Origin: an uncultured bacterium
Lineage (GTDB): Bacteria; Oederibacteriota; PGYV01; CAWJRG01
Direction of reading: 5' to 3'
DNA: 64,000 nt
Assembly: GCA_963845185.1 (NCBI GenBank)
Contig: CAWJRG010000005.1
Span: 384,001 to 448,000 of the forward strand
The translations under genes were made by a program, and so were the position numbers. Below the pieces are notes generated by a model that ran no database searches, was not told where the DNA came from, and saw only the letters and a list, made by a program, of their open reading frames with translations. Of the stretch, positions 28,656-36,755 are shown in pieces. Each line of letters starts with the position of its first letter. Position 1 is the stretch's first letter.

Positions 28656-29026
28656 GCCTCCCAGCCGCCTGATTTCTTGGCTTCACCAAGAATTGCCTCC
28701 CTTGCAGACCCCTAAATCCCTGCCAATCCCTGATTTTACGGGAATCCCGTAAATTGCCTCCCGCGCCGATTTTCCCAATAATGGCAAGGCTTTTATGGCG
28801 TAACTCACATATTTTGGCGTTACCTCAACTATGGCAGCCCCCTGATTTCCGTGCATTGCACTGGATTGCCTACCTCGGGCACATCCCATCCCCCTGATTT
28901 TGCGTCCCAGACGCAAACTTGCTGCCTATACACGCCTAATTTTATTTCCCGGACATAAAACTGCTGTCGTGGGTACCACCCAGCCGCCTGATTTTACGGC
29001 ATTGCCGTAAAATTGCCTCCAGCTAC
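28656..29026. repeat. Array of six hairpins with constant flanks and variable stems (candidate structured ncRNA or ssDNA element)
   Basis: CCT(G/A)A-stem-loop-(T/C)TGC units starting at 28668, 28729, 28841, 28893, 28935 and 28987. Confidence 0.75.
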
Positions 29027-29119
29027 TTCCTGCCGTTTCAAATTGAAACATATATCCAGCCGTCGCAGCTATAACCAGCGTCTGTGTTTAATGGTGTTTT
29101 AAAGGTGGTTTTATGGCTG

Positions 29120-29668
29120 CTATTTATTTATCGCAAACCAGTATTCGGCCAGTTGTTTTTCGATTCTTTCATAGTCCCTAAAATATTTTTTTATAGCTCC
29201 AAAGAATTCCTTATTATGCCGTCTGTGTCTAAAATGATTTAATTCATGGCAGACGATATAGTCTATCAGCCTCTCCGGCAGCTTTGACAGGGCGTTATTT
29301 ATTGTGATGTTGCCTTTGTTACTCCAGCTTCCCCATTTCGACCGCATGTTCTTGAAAAAAACTCTTGATACTTTAACGCCCATTCTTTTTTCATTCTTTA
29401 TCACAAAATCCAGAACAACCCGCCTGAATTCCTTCATTGTCCTAAAAACCGGCGTCAATCCCGCGGCATTCTGCTTTATAGCCTGTATCTCGTTTATCTT
29501 CCTGTAAATCCAGTTTTTATGTTTTTGTATTATCCTCTTTTCGTCCATATACCTTTTCGGCGCTATCAGGACAAGCCTTCCTGTTTTAAGCTCTATCCTG
29601 GCATGCTTTACGTCCCTGCGTTCGACATGGTACGTGACGTCCAGGTCATTTATCCGTATTTTTTCCAT
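29120..29668 (-). CDS. YgjP-like (DUF45) M48 metallohydrolase
   Basis: MRSKWGS and YIVCHELNH (HExxH); overlaps the hsdR end. Confidence 0.92.
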   Translation of the reverse strand: MEKIRINDLDVTYHVERRDVKHARIELKTGRLVLIAPKRYMDEKRIIQKHKNWIYRKINEIQAIKQNAAGLTPVFRTMKEFRRVVLDFVIKNEKRMGVKVSRVFFKNMRSKWGSWSNKGNITINNALSKLPERLIDYIVCHELNHFRHRRHNKEFFGAIKKYFRDYERIEKQLAEYWFAINK

Positions 29669-32600
29669 AATCCTGCGCCCCTATAATATCGGAAACTATG
29701 CTGCCTGATATCCTGTCCAGCTCATCCGGGTTATATCCCTTTTTCCTGAATATTCTCCTGATGATTTGCGTGACTGCCTTCCCTATTTCAGGATTGGATA
29801 TGTACTCGAGCAGGTACTCGCCTTCTTCCCTGATTTTTTCCTTCACCTGTTTCATGCATTCCACTGCGTCCTCATCGCTCAGTTTTTCCTTTTTCAGCCG
29901 CAGGAACATGACATACTCTATATTATCCAGCCCCAGCTCTTTTTGTTTGTTTTCCACAGCTTCTTTATCGTCAAATATGGCGTTCCCGGCCTTTATTATT
30001 TCCATGTAGGTTTTCACATTGCTCTGCCATTCCTGTATGAGCCGCATTACCCTGTCGGCCAGCTCCTCATAAATAGGGTTCTTTGCCTTGTCGACCAGTA
30101 TATACTTTCGCAGGGCAAATATTATGTTTGCTGCTTTTTCTTCCGATGGGTCGGACTTCGCGAGCAGCTGCCTCATCCTTGCCTCGTCATACCGTATTCC
30201 CGGAAGCTCCTTTAAGCCCTTGATCTCCGTGCCCTTATAAATATTTTCCAGCGTCCTCCTGAAATACTTGCTTATATAATAATCCTTTTCCGGCTCGCCG
30301 AAGTTTTTCTTGTAGTAATAATAAAACGCGGTCAGCCACTTATATTCCTTTAAGAATTTTATCTTGACTTCAGAACTGCCGAGCAGCTCGTATAGCCGCC
30401 TTGCCTGCCTGTATTTCTCGTCAAATTCAGCCTGCCGCCTGTCTTCGGAACTAATAAATTTCAAAACAGAAGTCAGGTGCTGGACATTATAATCTTCAAA
30501 ATCCGCTTTCCCTTTCAGCAGCTTTTTTAATTCTTCTATTGTACAGGCGAACTTATCCGCCATTTTATCAAAGTCATACAGTATGTTTTCCCTGTCTTTC
30601 TCCTCATACGCCTTAAAAGCCCTGTCTATGTCGTCGAGCACGCCTACATAATCTATTACCAGCCCCGCTTCTTTTTCCTCATAGCGCCTGTTGGTGCGCG
30701 CTATCGCCTGTAAAAGCCTGTAATTTTTCAGGGCTTTGTGCAGGTATACGGTCTGCAAAACAGGCGCATCAAAGCCCGTTATGAGCATTTCCGTGACTAT
30801 TAAAATCTTCGGGCTTTTATCCGCGTTATCCTTGAACCTGGGTGTTATTTTCTTTTTGATTTCAGAAATGTCTTTTTCATTGTATTTTTCCGTTATCCTG
30901 TTATATTGCGCGGCTATTTTCGGGTCTGATTCTTTTTGCCCCATTGACATTACTATTTCGGTTTCGTCTTCATCAAAATATTTGTCGAGTTCTTCCTTAT
31001 ACAGGCAGCAGGCATGCCGGGACGCGGCTATCACGACAGCCTTAAATTTCCCGTCAAGGTTTGCTTTAAAATGCCCTGCAATATCCTTTGCCGCCAGCTT
31101 GATTATTTCAGGATTTTCAAGGACCACGTTTATCTTATTAAGGCGCTCCCTGACTCCTTTTTCCACATCTTCTTTCATGGTCTCGTTTATTTCGTCCATG
31201 TCTTCCTGGTCGTAAAAGAACTTGATAAGCTCCCTGTCCACATGTACTTCATCGGTCAGCCTCGGCTGGTAAACTATTTCAAGCGTATACCCGTCCCTGA
31301 CAGAATCCTCCATAAAATACCGGTCAAGGTACAGCTTGTCGCCGTATTCAAATTCTTTATAGGTGTTCCTTTCCCTGTTTGCTATTGGCGTGCCGGTAAA
31401 GGCAAAGAGATTTCCGCTTTTAAATATGCTTTTCATCTGCGCGGACAGGATGCCGTAATGCGACCTGTGCCCCTCATCTATCAGGCATATTACGTTTTTC
31501 CTGCCTGCTATGGTCGACGCGCTGCTGCCCGAGGCTTTTATTTCCTCTTCTATTGCCTTCATCCCGCTTTCAAAATCCCGCAGCTGTCCCGGATTAAACT
31601 TATGGATGAGCGTGACAAACACGCCTCTCTTGCCCCTGTATCCGTCATGTTTCAGGATTTTCCTCAAATCCTCGATGGATGAAATCGGCTCAATGTCTGA
31701 GAACAAATCAAGATACCCGAACTCGTCGAACAACTGGGTCTCAAGCTCTTCCCTGTCGACAATAAAGAAAATAGACGGGTTAGCGGCTTCCCTCATCTGG
31801 AATAACTTATTCGCGGCAAATATCATGGTAAGCGTCTTTCCCGAACCCTGCCAGTGCCATATCAGGCCCCGGTCTTTTTCCTTTTTTCCGCTTATCCTGC
31901 CTGTCACCCTTTTTACAATCTTATCAGTTGCCCTGTACTGCATATACCGGCATATTACTTTGGTTTTCCTGCCCCGCTCTTCCCTGAAAAACAAATAGTA
32001 TTTTATGATGTCAAGCAGCCGGGCAGGTTCAAGCATCTCAATTATGTCAAATAAATCTTTTGTATTCGTAGAGACAGGTTTCAAACCTGTCTCAGTTTTA
32101 TCCTGTGTTTCTTCAATAGATTTCCACTGATACATCTGCGGTAGTTCCCCGTTCCACGGAACTATGGGGAAATATTTTGACACAACATCCGCGCCAATTC
32201 CTACCTGGATATATTTAAATAATTCAGGTATTTTCTTTTCATATGCTTTTATGTCTGTTACTGCATCCAGCCAGCTCTTCCTCGCGCTTTCCGGGCTCTT
32301 TAACTCTATATTTACAAGAGGTATGCCGTTGATATACAGCATTATGTCGCTCCGGATTTCCTTGTCTCCCGCCCTGTAAACCGGTTGGTTCGTAACAATA
32401 AATTCATTGTTATCAGGATTATTAAAATCAATGAAATTAAGGTCTTTTAATATCCGCTCTTTCTTATCCTCCACCCTTTGCCCGAATTTGATGTATTGCA
32501 GGGCGTGTTTCATGCCCTGCTCGGTCGTAGGGAGCATCTTAAACTCATGAATCTTTCGCGTAATTTCCTCAGGGCTGATGCTGGTGGACTTGTTGATTCT

Positions 32601-32738
32601 TTCTATTGCGTTTTTCAGGCTGTTTTCCAGCAATACATCCCCAAGTGAGTTCCTCTCCAGCCCCGCCCCGGGTATGTACTTCCACCCGGCTGCTTTTAGC
32701 CGCTCTATAAACTGTTGTTCAAGGCTTTGTTCGGTCAT
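29646..32738 (-). CDS. hsdR: Type I restriction endonuclease subunit R
   Basis: D...INGIPLVNIELK nuclease motif, HWQGSGKT, DEGHR, FTGTP, MLITGFDAP and QAIARTNR. Confidence 0.97.
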   Translation of the reverse strand: MTEQSLEQQFIERLKAAGWKYIPGAGLERNSLGDVLLENSLKNAIERINKSTSISPEEITRKIHEFKMLPTTEQGMKHALQYIKFGQRVEDKKERILKDLNFIDFNNPDNNEFIVTNQPVYRAGDKEIRSDIMLYINGIPLVNIELKSPESARKSWLDAVTDIKAYEKKIPELFKYIQVGIGADVVSKYFPIVPWNGELPQMYQWKSIEETQDKTETGLKPVSTNTKDLFDIIEMLEPARLLDIIKYYLFFREERGRKTKVICRYMQYRATDKIVKRVTGRISGKKEKDRGLIWHWQGSGKTLTMIFAANKLFQMREAANPSIFFIVDREELETQLFDEFGYLDLFSDIEPISSIEDLRKILKHDGYRGKRGVFVTLIHKFNPGQLRDFESGMKAIEEEIKASGSSASTIAGRKNVICLIDEGHRSHYGILSAQMKSIFKSGNLFAFTGTPIANRERNTYKEFEYGDKLYLDRYFMEDSVRDGYTLEIVYQPRLTDEVHVDRELIKFFYDQEDMDEINETMKEDVEKGVRERLNKINVVLENPEIIKLAAKDIAGHFKANLDGKFKAVVIAASRHACCLYKEELDKYFDEDETEIVMSMGQKESDPKIAAQYNRITEKYNEKDISEIKKKITPRFKDNADKSPKILIVTEMLITGFDAPVLQTVYLHKALKNYRLLQAIARTNRRYEEKEAGLVIDYVGVLDDIDRAFKAYEEKDRENILYDFDKMADKFACTIEELKKLLKGKADFEDYNVQHLTSVLKFISSEDRRQAEFDEKYRQARRLYELLGSSEVKIKFLKEYKWLTAFYYYYKKNFGEPEKDYYISKYFRRTLENIYKGTEIKGLKELPGIRYDEARMRQLLAKSDPSEEKAANIIFALRKYILVDKAKNPIYEELADRVMRLIQEWQSNVKTYMEIIKAGNAIFDDKEAVENKQKELGLDNIEYVMFLRLKKEKLSDEDAVECMKQVKEKIREEGEYLLEYISNPEIGKAVTQIIRRIFRKKGYNPDELDRISGSIVSDIIGAQDYGKNTDK
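32068..32093 (+). repeat. GTAG REP palindrome inside hsdR (in frame)
   Basis: GTAGAGACAGGTTTCAAACCTGTCTC; its reverse complement reads as ETGLKPVST in HsdR. Confidence 0.8.
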
Positions 32739-32742
32739 TTAT

Positions 32743-33438
32743 TTACCTTTCTTTATGTTTTTCCATTTCTTCAACCATCATCGCGTCATCGTTTTCCAAT
32801 TGTTCTTTTATGGGATTATTCTTTATGTATTCCGAAACAAAATAAAATTCAAATTCATCCCGGATTATCCTGTCGTAAAATCTCGGTTGCCAGATTTTAT
32901 TATTTAATCCTGTTATGCGGCTAATTTCTTTTGTCGTGTAACTCTTAAACCCGCCTATAATTGACGACAGTGTCTTTTCGTTTTTTATGCTGTACCTGTA
33001 GAGACAGGGTTCCACCCCTGTCTTCTTGCCTTGCTGTTCTGTCTCTGTTTTCTTGCTTTGAGGCTCCCTGCCTGTCGTTGTATTTTGAGACGGGGACAGA
33101 GCCCCGTCTCTACTAGGTTCCGTGCCTGTCTTTGGTTTTTTAGACGGGGACAGAGCCCCGTCTCTACATGATTTTAATTGGATTATCCCGTGAAAATGAT
33201 CCGGCATAACAACAAATTCGTACAATTGTATCCCTTTATAAAACCCGGGTAATCCTTCCCATGTCTGCTTTACAATTCTTCCGTTTTTATTCAAAATCAT
33301 TCCACCATTATGTATTTTACCGAATAATGATTGCTTATTTTTTACACATACCGTGACAAAATAATACGCTTCTTGCGCGTAATCCCACTCCTTTAACCGC
33401 GTTGTTTCTATTCTGTATTTATTTTTATATAATGCCAT
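32743..33438 (-). CDS. REP-associated tyrosine transposase (RAYT, Y1 HUH family)
   Basis: RL..WDY.....YFVT.C, VVMPDHFHGII (HUH), SII..FKS, WQ.RFYDRIIR and YI.NNP (catalytic Tyr). Confidence 0.92.
   Translation of the reverse strand: MALYKNKYRIETTRLKEWDYAQEAYYFVTVCVKNKQSLFGKIHNGGMILNKNGRIVKQTWEGLPGFYKGIQLYEFVVMPDHFHGIIQLKSCRDGALSPSKKPKTGTEPSRDGALSPSQNTTTGREPQSKKTETEQQGKKTGVEPCLYRYSIKNEKTLSSIIGGFKSYTTKEISRITGLNNKIWQPRFYDRIIRDEFEFYFVSEYIKNNPIKEQLENDDAMMVEEMEKHKER
32998..33167. repeat. Three GTAG REP palindromes inside the RAYT coding sequence
   Basis: 32998-33023 (+), 33087-33113 (-) and 33142-33167 (-); the latter two encode RDGALSPS. Confidence 0.85.
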
Positions 33439-33454
33439 TTTTATCCTTTCTTTT

Positions 33455-33483
33455 GTAAATATTGGTTTCAGACCTGTCTTTAC
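33455..33483. repeat. Degenerate REP upstream of the RAYT
   Basis: GGTTTCAGACCTGTCTTTAC matches the REP inside hsdR. Confidence 0.65.
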
Positions 33484-33505
33484 GGGATCTGCCGTTACCT
33501 TTTGC

Positions 33506-33592
33506 TTGATATTTACCTGCTATTTGCTATACTCAATATCGGATCGGGGAGTCACCCGGTCGGCATAAGGCCTCGCAAAAGCGGGGCTTTTT
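33506..33592 (+). ncRNA. Candidate ~55-nt small RNA with its own promoter and terminator, antisense to the R-M operon
   Basis: TTGATA-16-TATACT with extended TG; hairpin GAUCGGG-GAGUCA-CCCGGUC; terminator AAGGCCUCGC-AAAA-GCGGGGCUUUUU. Confidence 0.55.
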
Positions 33593-33605
33593 GCATTTTA
33601 ATGTT

Positions 33606-34862
33606 TCACTTCACCCTCTTTCTCCCCGTTAATAGTTCATTCATAAGCCCTTTTTTCAGAAGTTCAAATTTTCCTTTTCTTTTAATCTCCAACTCAATTT
33701 GTTCATCAAAACTAGATAATATATCATTGATTTTATTTTGCTCTGCTTTATTTGGTATTAGAATTACAATTTTTTGAAGATTGTCTTGAGTTATGCCTCT
33801 TATAGTTGAACCCTCTCCCATTGCTATGAACTTTTTGCTTTGCAATTGCATCGTATAATACAAGTATTCGCTGTTAACTTGATTATTTTTTAAAACAATA
33901 CCTGTACAATCCTGGCTTGTTGTAACTTCTTTACCAGCGATTGAACAATTACCTAATGATACCCTTGATGAAATAATCACAGCTCCTTTAGGCAATAATT
34001 TTGCCGCACTATTATCTAATCCTTTTTTTGTTATCCTTTTGTCTGTTTTATCTATATATTTTTGTATTAAATCTGCCGAACGAACCCAATTAATAGTTCC
34101 ATTTATCCAGTAATCATCATGCGCTTTTGAAGGAGTGCCGCCAACAAATAAATCAAAGTAATTTTCATTGCCAAGCTCTACTATCTCCCACTCCTCCGGT
34201 ATCTCTCCCAACTCTGTCTTTTTAAATTTCTTATGCCCTATACCTCTTGTCAGCAGCTTCTGCATCATGCCCTTTTTCATCCGTTCGGTCTTCTGTATCT
34301 TCTCCTCTGCCAGTGCGATAGCGTCGTCAACAGTGGACAAGACTTCGGCGATTTTGTTTTGTTCGGAAATATGTGGAATAAGCAGTTGAATTTTTTCAAA
34401 ATTTTCTTTTGAAATTTCCATAAAAGTTGAGCCAGCTCCTGCTTTTTTCATAGCAGGAACTTTTGTTAATATTGTGTAATAAAGGTACTCGGGACTAATA
34501 AATTGTGTATTCTTAATAACTATTGCTTTACATCCCTGGTTGAATGTCATTTCTGTCTTTGCTAATGAAACAAGACCTATTGGCGCGCGGGTAGATATTA
34601 CTATAGAACCTTCGGGAACAAGTGAAACATTGCTATTTTCTAATCCTTTCTTTGTAATTAATCTTTCTGTATTGTTTAAATATTTACCAGTCAAATCCTT
34701 CGGTGTTGCCCATTCTATATTTCCATTCTCCCAATACTCTTTTTGCTCGCTTGAAGGCGTTGAACCGGTTTCTATTTTAAAGAATTCCTTATTTCCCAAT
34801 TCTGTTATATTCCACTCTTCCGGTATCTCGCCAAGTTCTGCTTTTTTATAGCCGGGTTTCAT
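33606..34862 (-). CDS. hsdS: Type I R-M specificity subunit S
   Basis: Two TRDs, each preceded by K.ELGEIPEEW; P...EQ.KI...LS..D and KKG.M..LLT helices. Confidence 0.96.
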   Translation of the reverse strand: MKPGYKKAELGEIPEEWNITELGNKEFFKIETGSTPSSEQKEYWENGNIEWATPKDLTGKYLNNTERLITKKGLENSNVSLVPEGSIVISTRAPIGLVSLAKTEMTFNQGCKAIVIKNTQFISPEYLYYTILTKVPAMKKAGAGSTFMEISKENFEKIQLLIPHISEQNKIAEVLSTVDDAIALAEEKIQKTERMKKGMMQKLLTRGIGHKKFKKTELGEIPEEWEIVELGNENYFDLFVGGTPSKAHDDYWINGTINWVRSADLIQKYIDKTDKRITKKGLDNSAAKLLPKGAVIISSRVSLGNCSIAGKEVTTSQDCTGIVLKNNQVNSEYLYYTMQLQSKKFIAMGEGSTIRGITQDNLQKIVILIPNKAEQNKINDILSSFDEQIELEIKRKGKFELLKKGLMNELLTGRKRVK

Positions 34863-34884
34863 AAAAAAGCTCCTTTCATTGTAT

Positions 34885-35838
34885 TCATTCAACAATATCG
34901 TTATCATTATGCATATCTAATGAACTTCTTATCACTTTATGAAATTGTTCGGAATCCATTTTATATTCTCTATCAATATCGTCTATTAATATTGCCGTAT
35001 CAATGTCATCAATATCATTTTCCCTAATAAGATCTTGCGGATTAATATTAAAAGAGTAACTTTCACCTGGATTTAATACTCTGCGTTCCTGATATTTTTC
35101 GGTAATGTAATCACTAGGAAAAATAATTTGCATATGGTTTTTTAGTTTTACTATGAAACTATTTATATATACTTTTTGGGTTGAATGATTTTGTGCGGTT
35201 AAATTTATTGCGTATAACATGCCACGAAACGGATGATTTGCAAGCGATGCACGTGCAAATATCTTAATTTCAGGCTTCTCCGTCTTTTTATTTATATGTT
35301 CCACTTCTATTGGCATACCCTTATCTTTTATTAAACTATTAATAATAATATTTGATGTATGTAGTAAAACTTTTTCTCTTAATTCTGAAATTTCAAAATA
35401 ACTGTCTACGAGTCCTTTCTTCAGATAATTTTCCTTTATTATTTGTAATTTTTTATATTGTTTAATTTCTAGATTTTCTTGCGGGATAGCGCGATTGCAG
35501 AAATATATAATAACTCTTTTACCAGCTTTTATTAGTCTTTCAATTTCTTCTATAGAACCCGATTCATAGTCATCTGTAGGCGTGCCAAGTCTTCCCCAAA
35601 AAATTGCAATTGCCATATCGCATTTATCCACTATTTGTTCATTTAAAACTTTTTGTGGAGCCTTTTTCATATCAGGAACTGAATGAGTTTCATATTTTAC
35701 TAAATTAATAGCAGTATTAAATAGCTCTCCGATTTGTGCATTCCAAGTATTGATTAATTTCTCTAATGTCTCTCTTTCTTCAATAACATCTCCGGGTGAA
35801 ATTAATAAACAATCAAACCTTTTTATATCTTTTGCCAT
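34885..35838 (-). CDS. DUF4062-like (NDT/TIR-like fold) protein with an unknown C-terminal domain
   Basis: ISPGDV.EER, PQ...N.QI...CD..I.IFW.RLGTPT...SG..EE and YF motifs; AT-rich. Confidence 0.8.
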   Translation of the reverse strand: MAKDIKRFDCLLISPGDVIEERETLEKLINTWNAQIGELFNTAINLVKYETHSVPDMKKAPQKVLNEQIVDKCDMAIAIFWGRLGTPTDDYESGSIEEIERLIKAGKRVIIYFCNRAIPQENLEIKQYKKLQIIKENYLKKGLVDSYFEISELREKVLLHTSNIIINSLIKDKGMPIEVEHINKKTEKPEIKIFARASLANHPFRGMLYAINLTAQNHSTQKVYINSFIVKLKNHMQIIFPSDYITEKYQERRVLNPGESYSFNINPQDLIRENDIDDIDTAILIDDIDREYKMDSEQFHKVIRSSLDMHNDNDIVE

Positions 35839-35866
35839 TTTAAACCTCCTTTAATTTTTCAAAAAT

Positions 35867-36187
35867 TCAATTATCGCATCCATAAACCGGGCACTTTAAA
35901 TTGGAACCAGCCGGTGCGGCGGGATGAATATCGTTATCCGGTGGATTGTATTCGTGATACCATTTGCATTCTTTATAGTATGCCTCTTCTTCCGAGGTAG
36001 TATATTCATACCAGAAATATTTATAACCACGGCCTTCCTGAGCCGATTTTTTTATTCTATCGGCAAGGTTGGAATCCGACCTGCCCACATAATCCGCTGC
36101 TTTTCCATCCCTTGAAAGAATATATGCTCCCGGCGATACTACATTTACAAAGATATCAACTGAATCTAAATTAAAAGCTCCTTTCAT
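35867..36187 (-). CDS. Small GIY-YIG-like nuclease
   Basis: PGAYIL...YVGRS..L..R, A...EC..YH and N..HP; AGGAGGTG RBS. Confidence 0.7.
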   Translation of the reverse strand: MKGAFNLDSVDIFVNVVSPGAYILSRDGKAADYVGRSDSNLADRIKKSAQEGRGYKYFWYEYTTSEEEAYYKECKWYHEYNPPDNDIHPAAPAGSNLKCPVYGCDN

Positions 36188-36408
36188 AAAACACCTCCTA
36201 TCTAATATTAAAATATAACTAACTTTTCACTTCCTCCACGCTTAAAAGCTGCGGCTGCAAAGACCAAGAATAATCATTAACCTAATCGTTAACCAATTTT
36301 TTGCGTCAACCGTTGCGTCAACCTATCATGAACCTAATCCATATTGGACATTTTTAGGGACATTTTCAAATTTTTAGGGACATTATAAAAACTAGCCCTT
36401 ATGCCCTT

Positions 36409-36699
36409 TTATCTAATCGCATTTTTGCCTTTCTCTGTCGTAACATATCCCTGTTTTGAACTATTTGGTTTTCCCGGAATTGTCATTTTAAGCAATCCAG
36501 CTTCAATCAAGGGGTATATTATTTCATTCCTCGTCCTGCTCCTGTTGGTTTTTCCAAGTTGTTCCATAATATATTGTAATGACTTTTCTTCGATTGCGGC
36601 ATTTAAAATCGTCAGCGCCGTATCTTCAGGGACAGACTTAGGACAGACTTGGGACAAACTTGGGACATTTTTGGCCCAATTATGGTCCTGTTTTTCCAT
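36409..36699 (-). pseudogene. Orphan C-terminal wHTH of a Fic/RecG-like protein (probable fragment)
   Basis: I.PLI.AGLL.MTIP.KPNS.KQ.Y..T.KG motif preceded by 12-bp GGGACA(A/G)ACTT repeats. Confidence 0.6.
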
Positions 36700-36755
36700 G
36701 GCATCTTGGCGTCTTTATGGCGTCATTTTTGCCCGCCCGGCCACCTCGTCTCTAT

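Noticed and set aside
28780..28930. c-di-GMP-I riboswitch (GGGACGCAAA on the minus strand, TATGGCAGCC on the plus strand)
   Set aside because: The two motif fragments are on opposite strands, and the GGCAAA-stem-GAAA P2 arm is missing.
28656..29026. CRISPR, TIGR or integron attC array
   Set aside because: The palindromic part varies, spacing is irregular, there are no RYYYAAC/GTTRRRY ends, and no cas, Nop-domain or integrase gene is in the window.
32743..33438. Autonomous IS200/IS605 element
   Set aside because: The N-terminal RL..WDY motif, the associated GTAG REPs, and the lack of tnpB or flanking IS-end hairpins indicate a RAYT instead.
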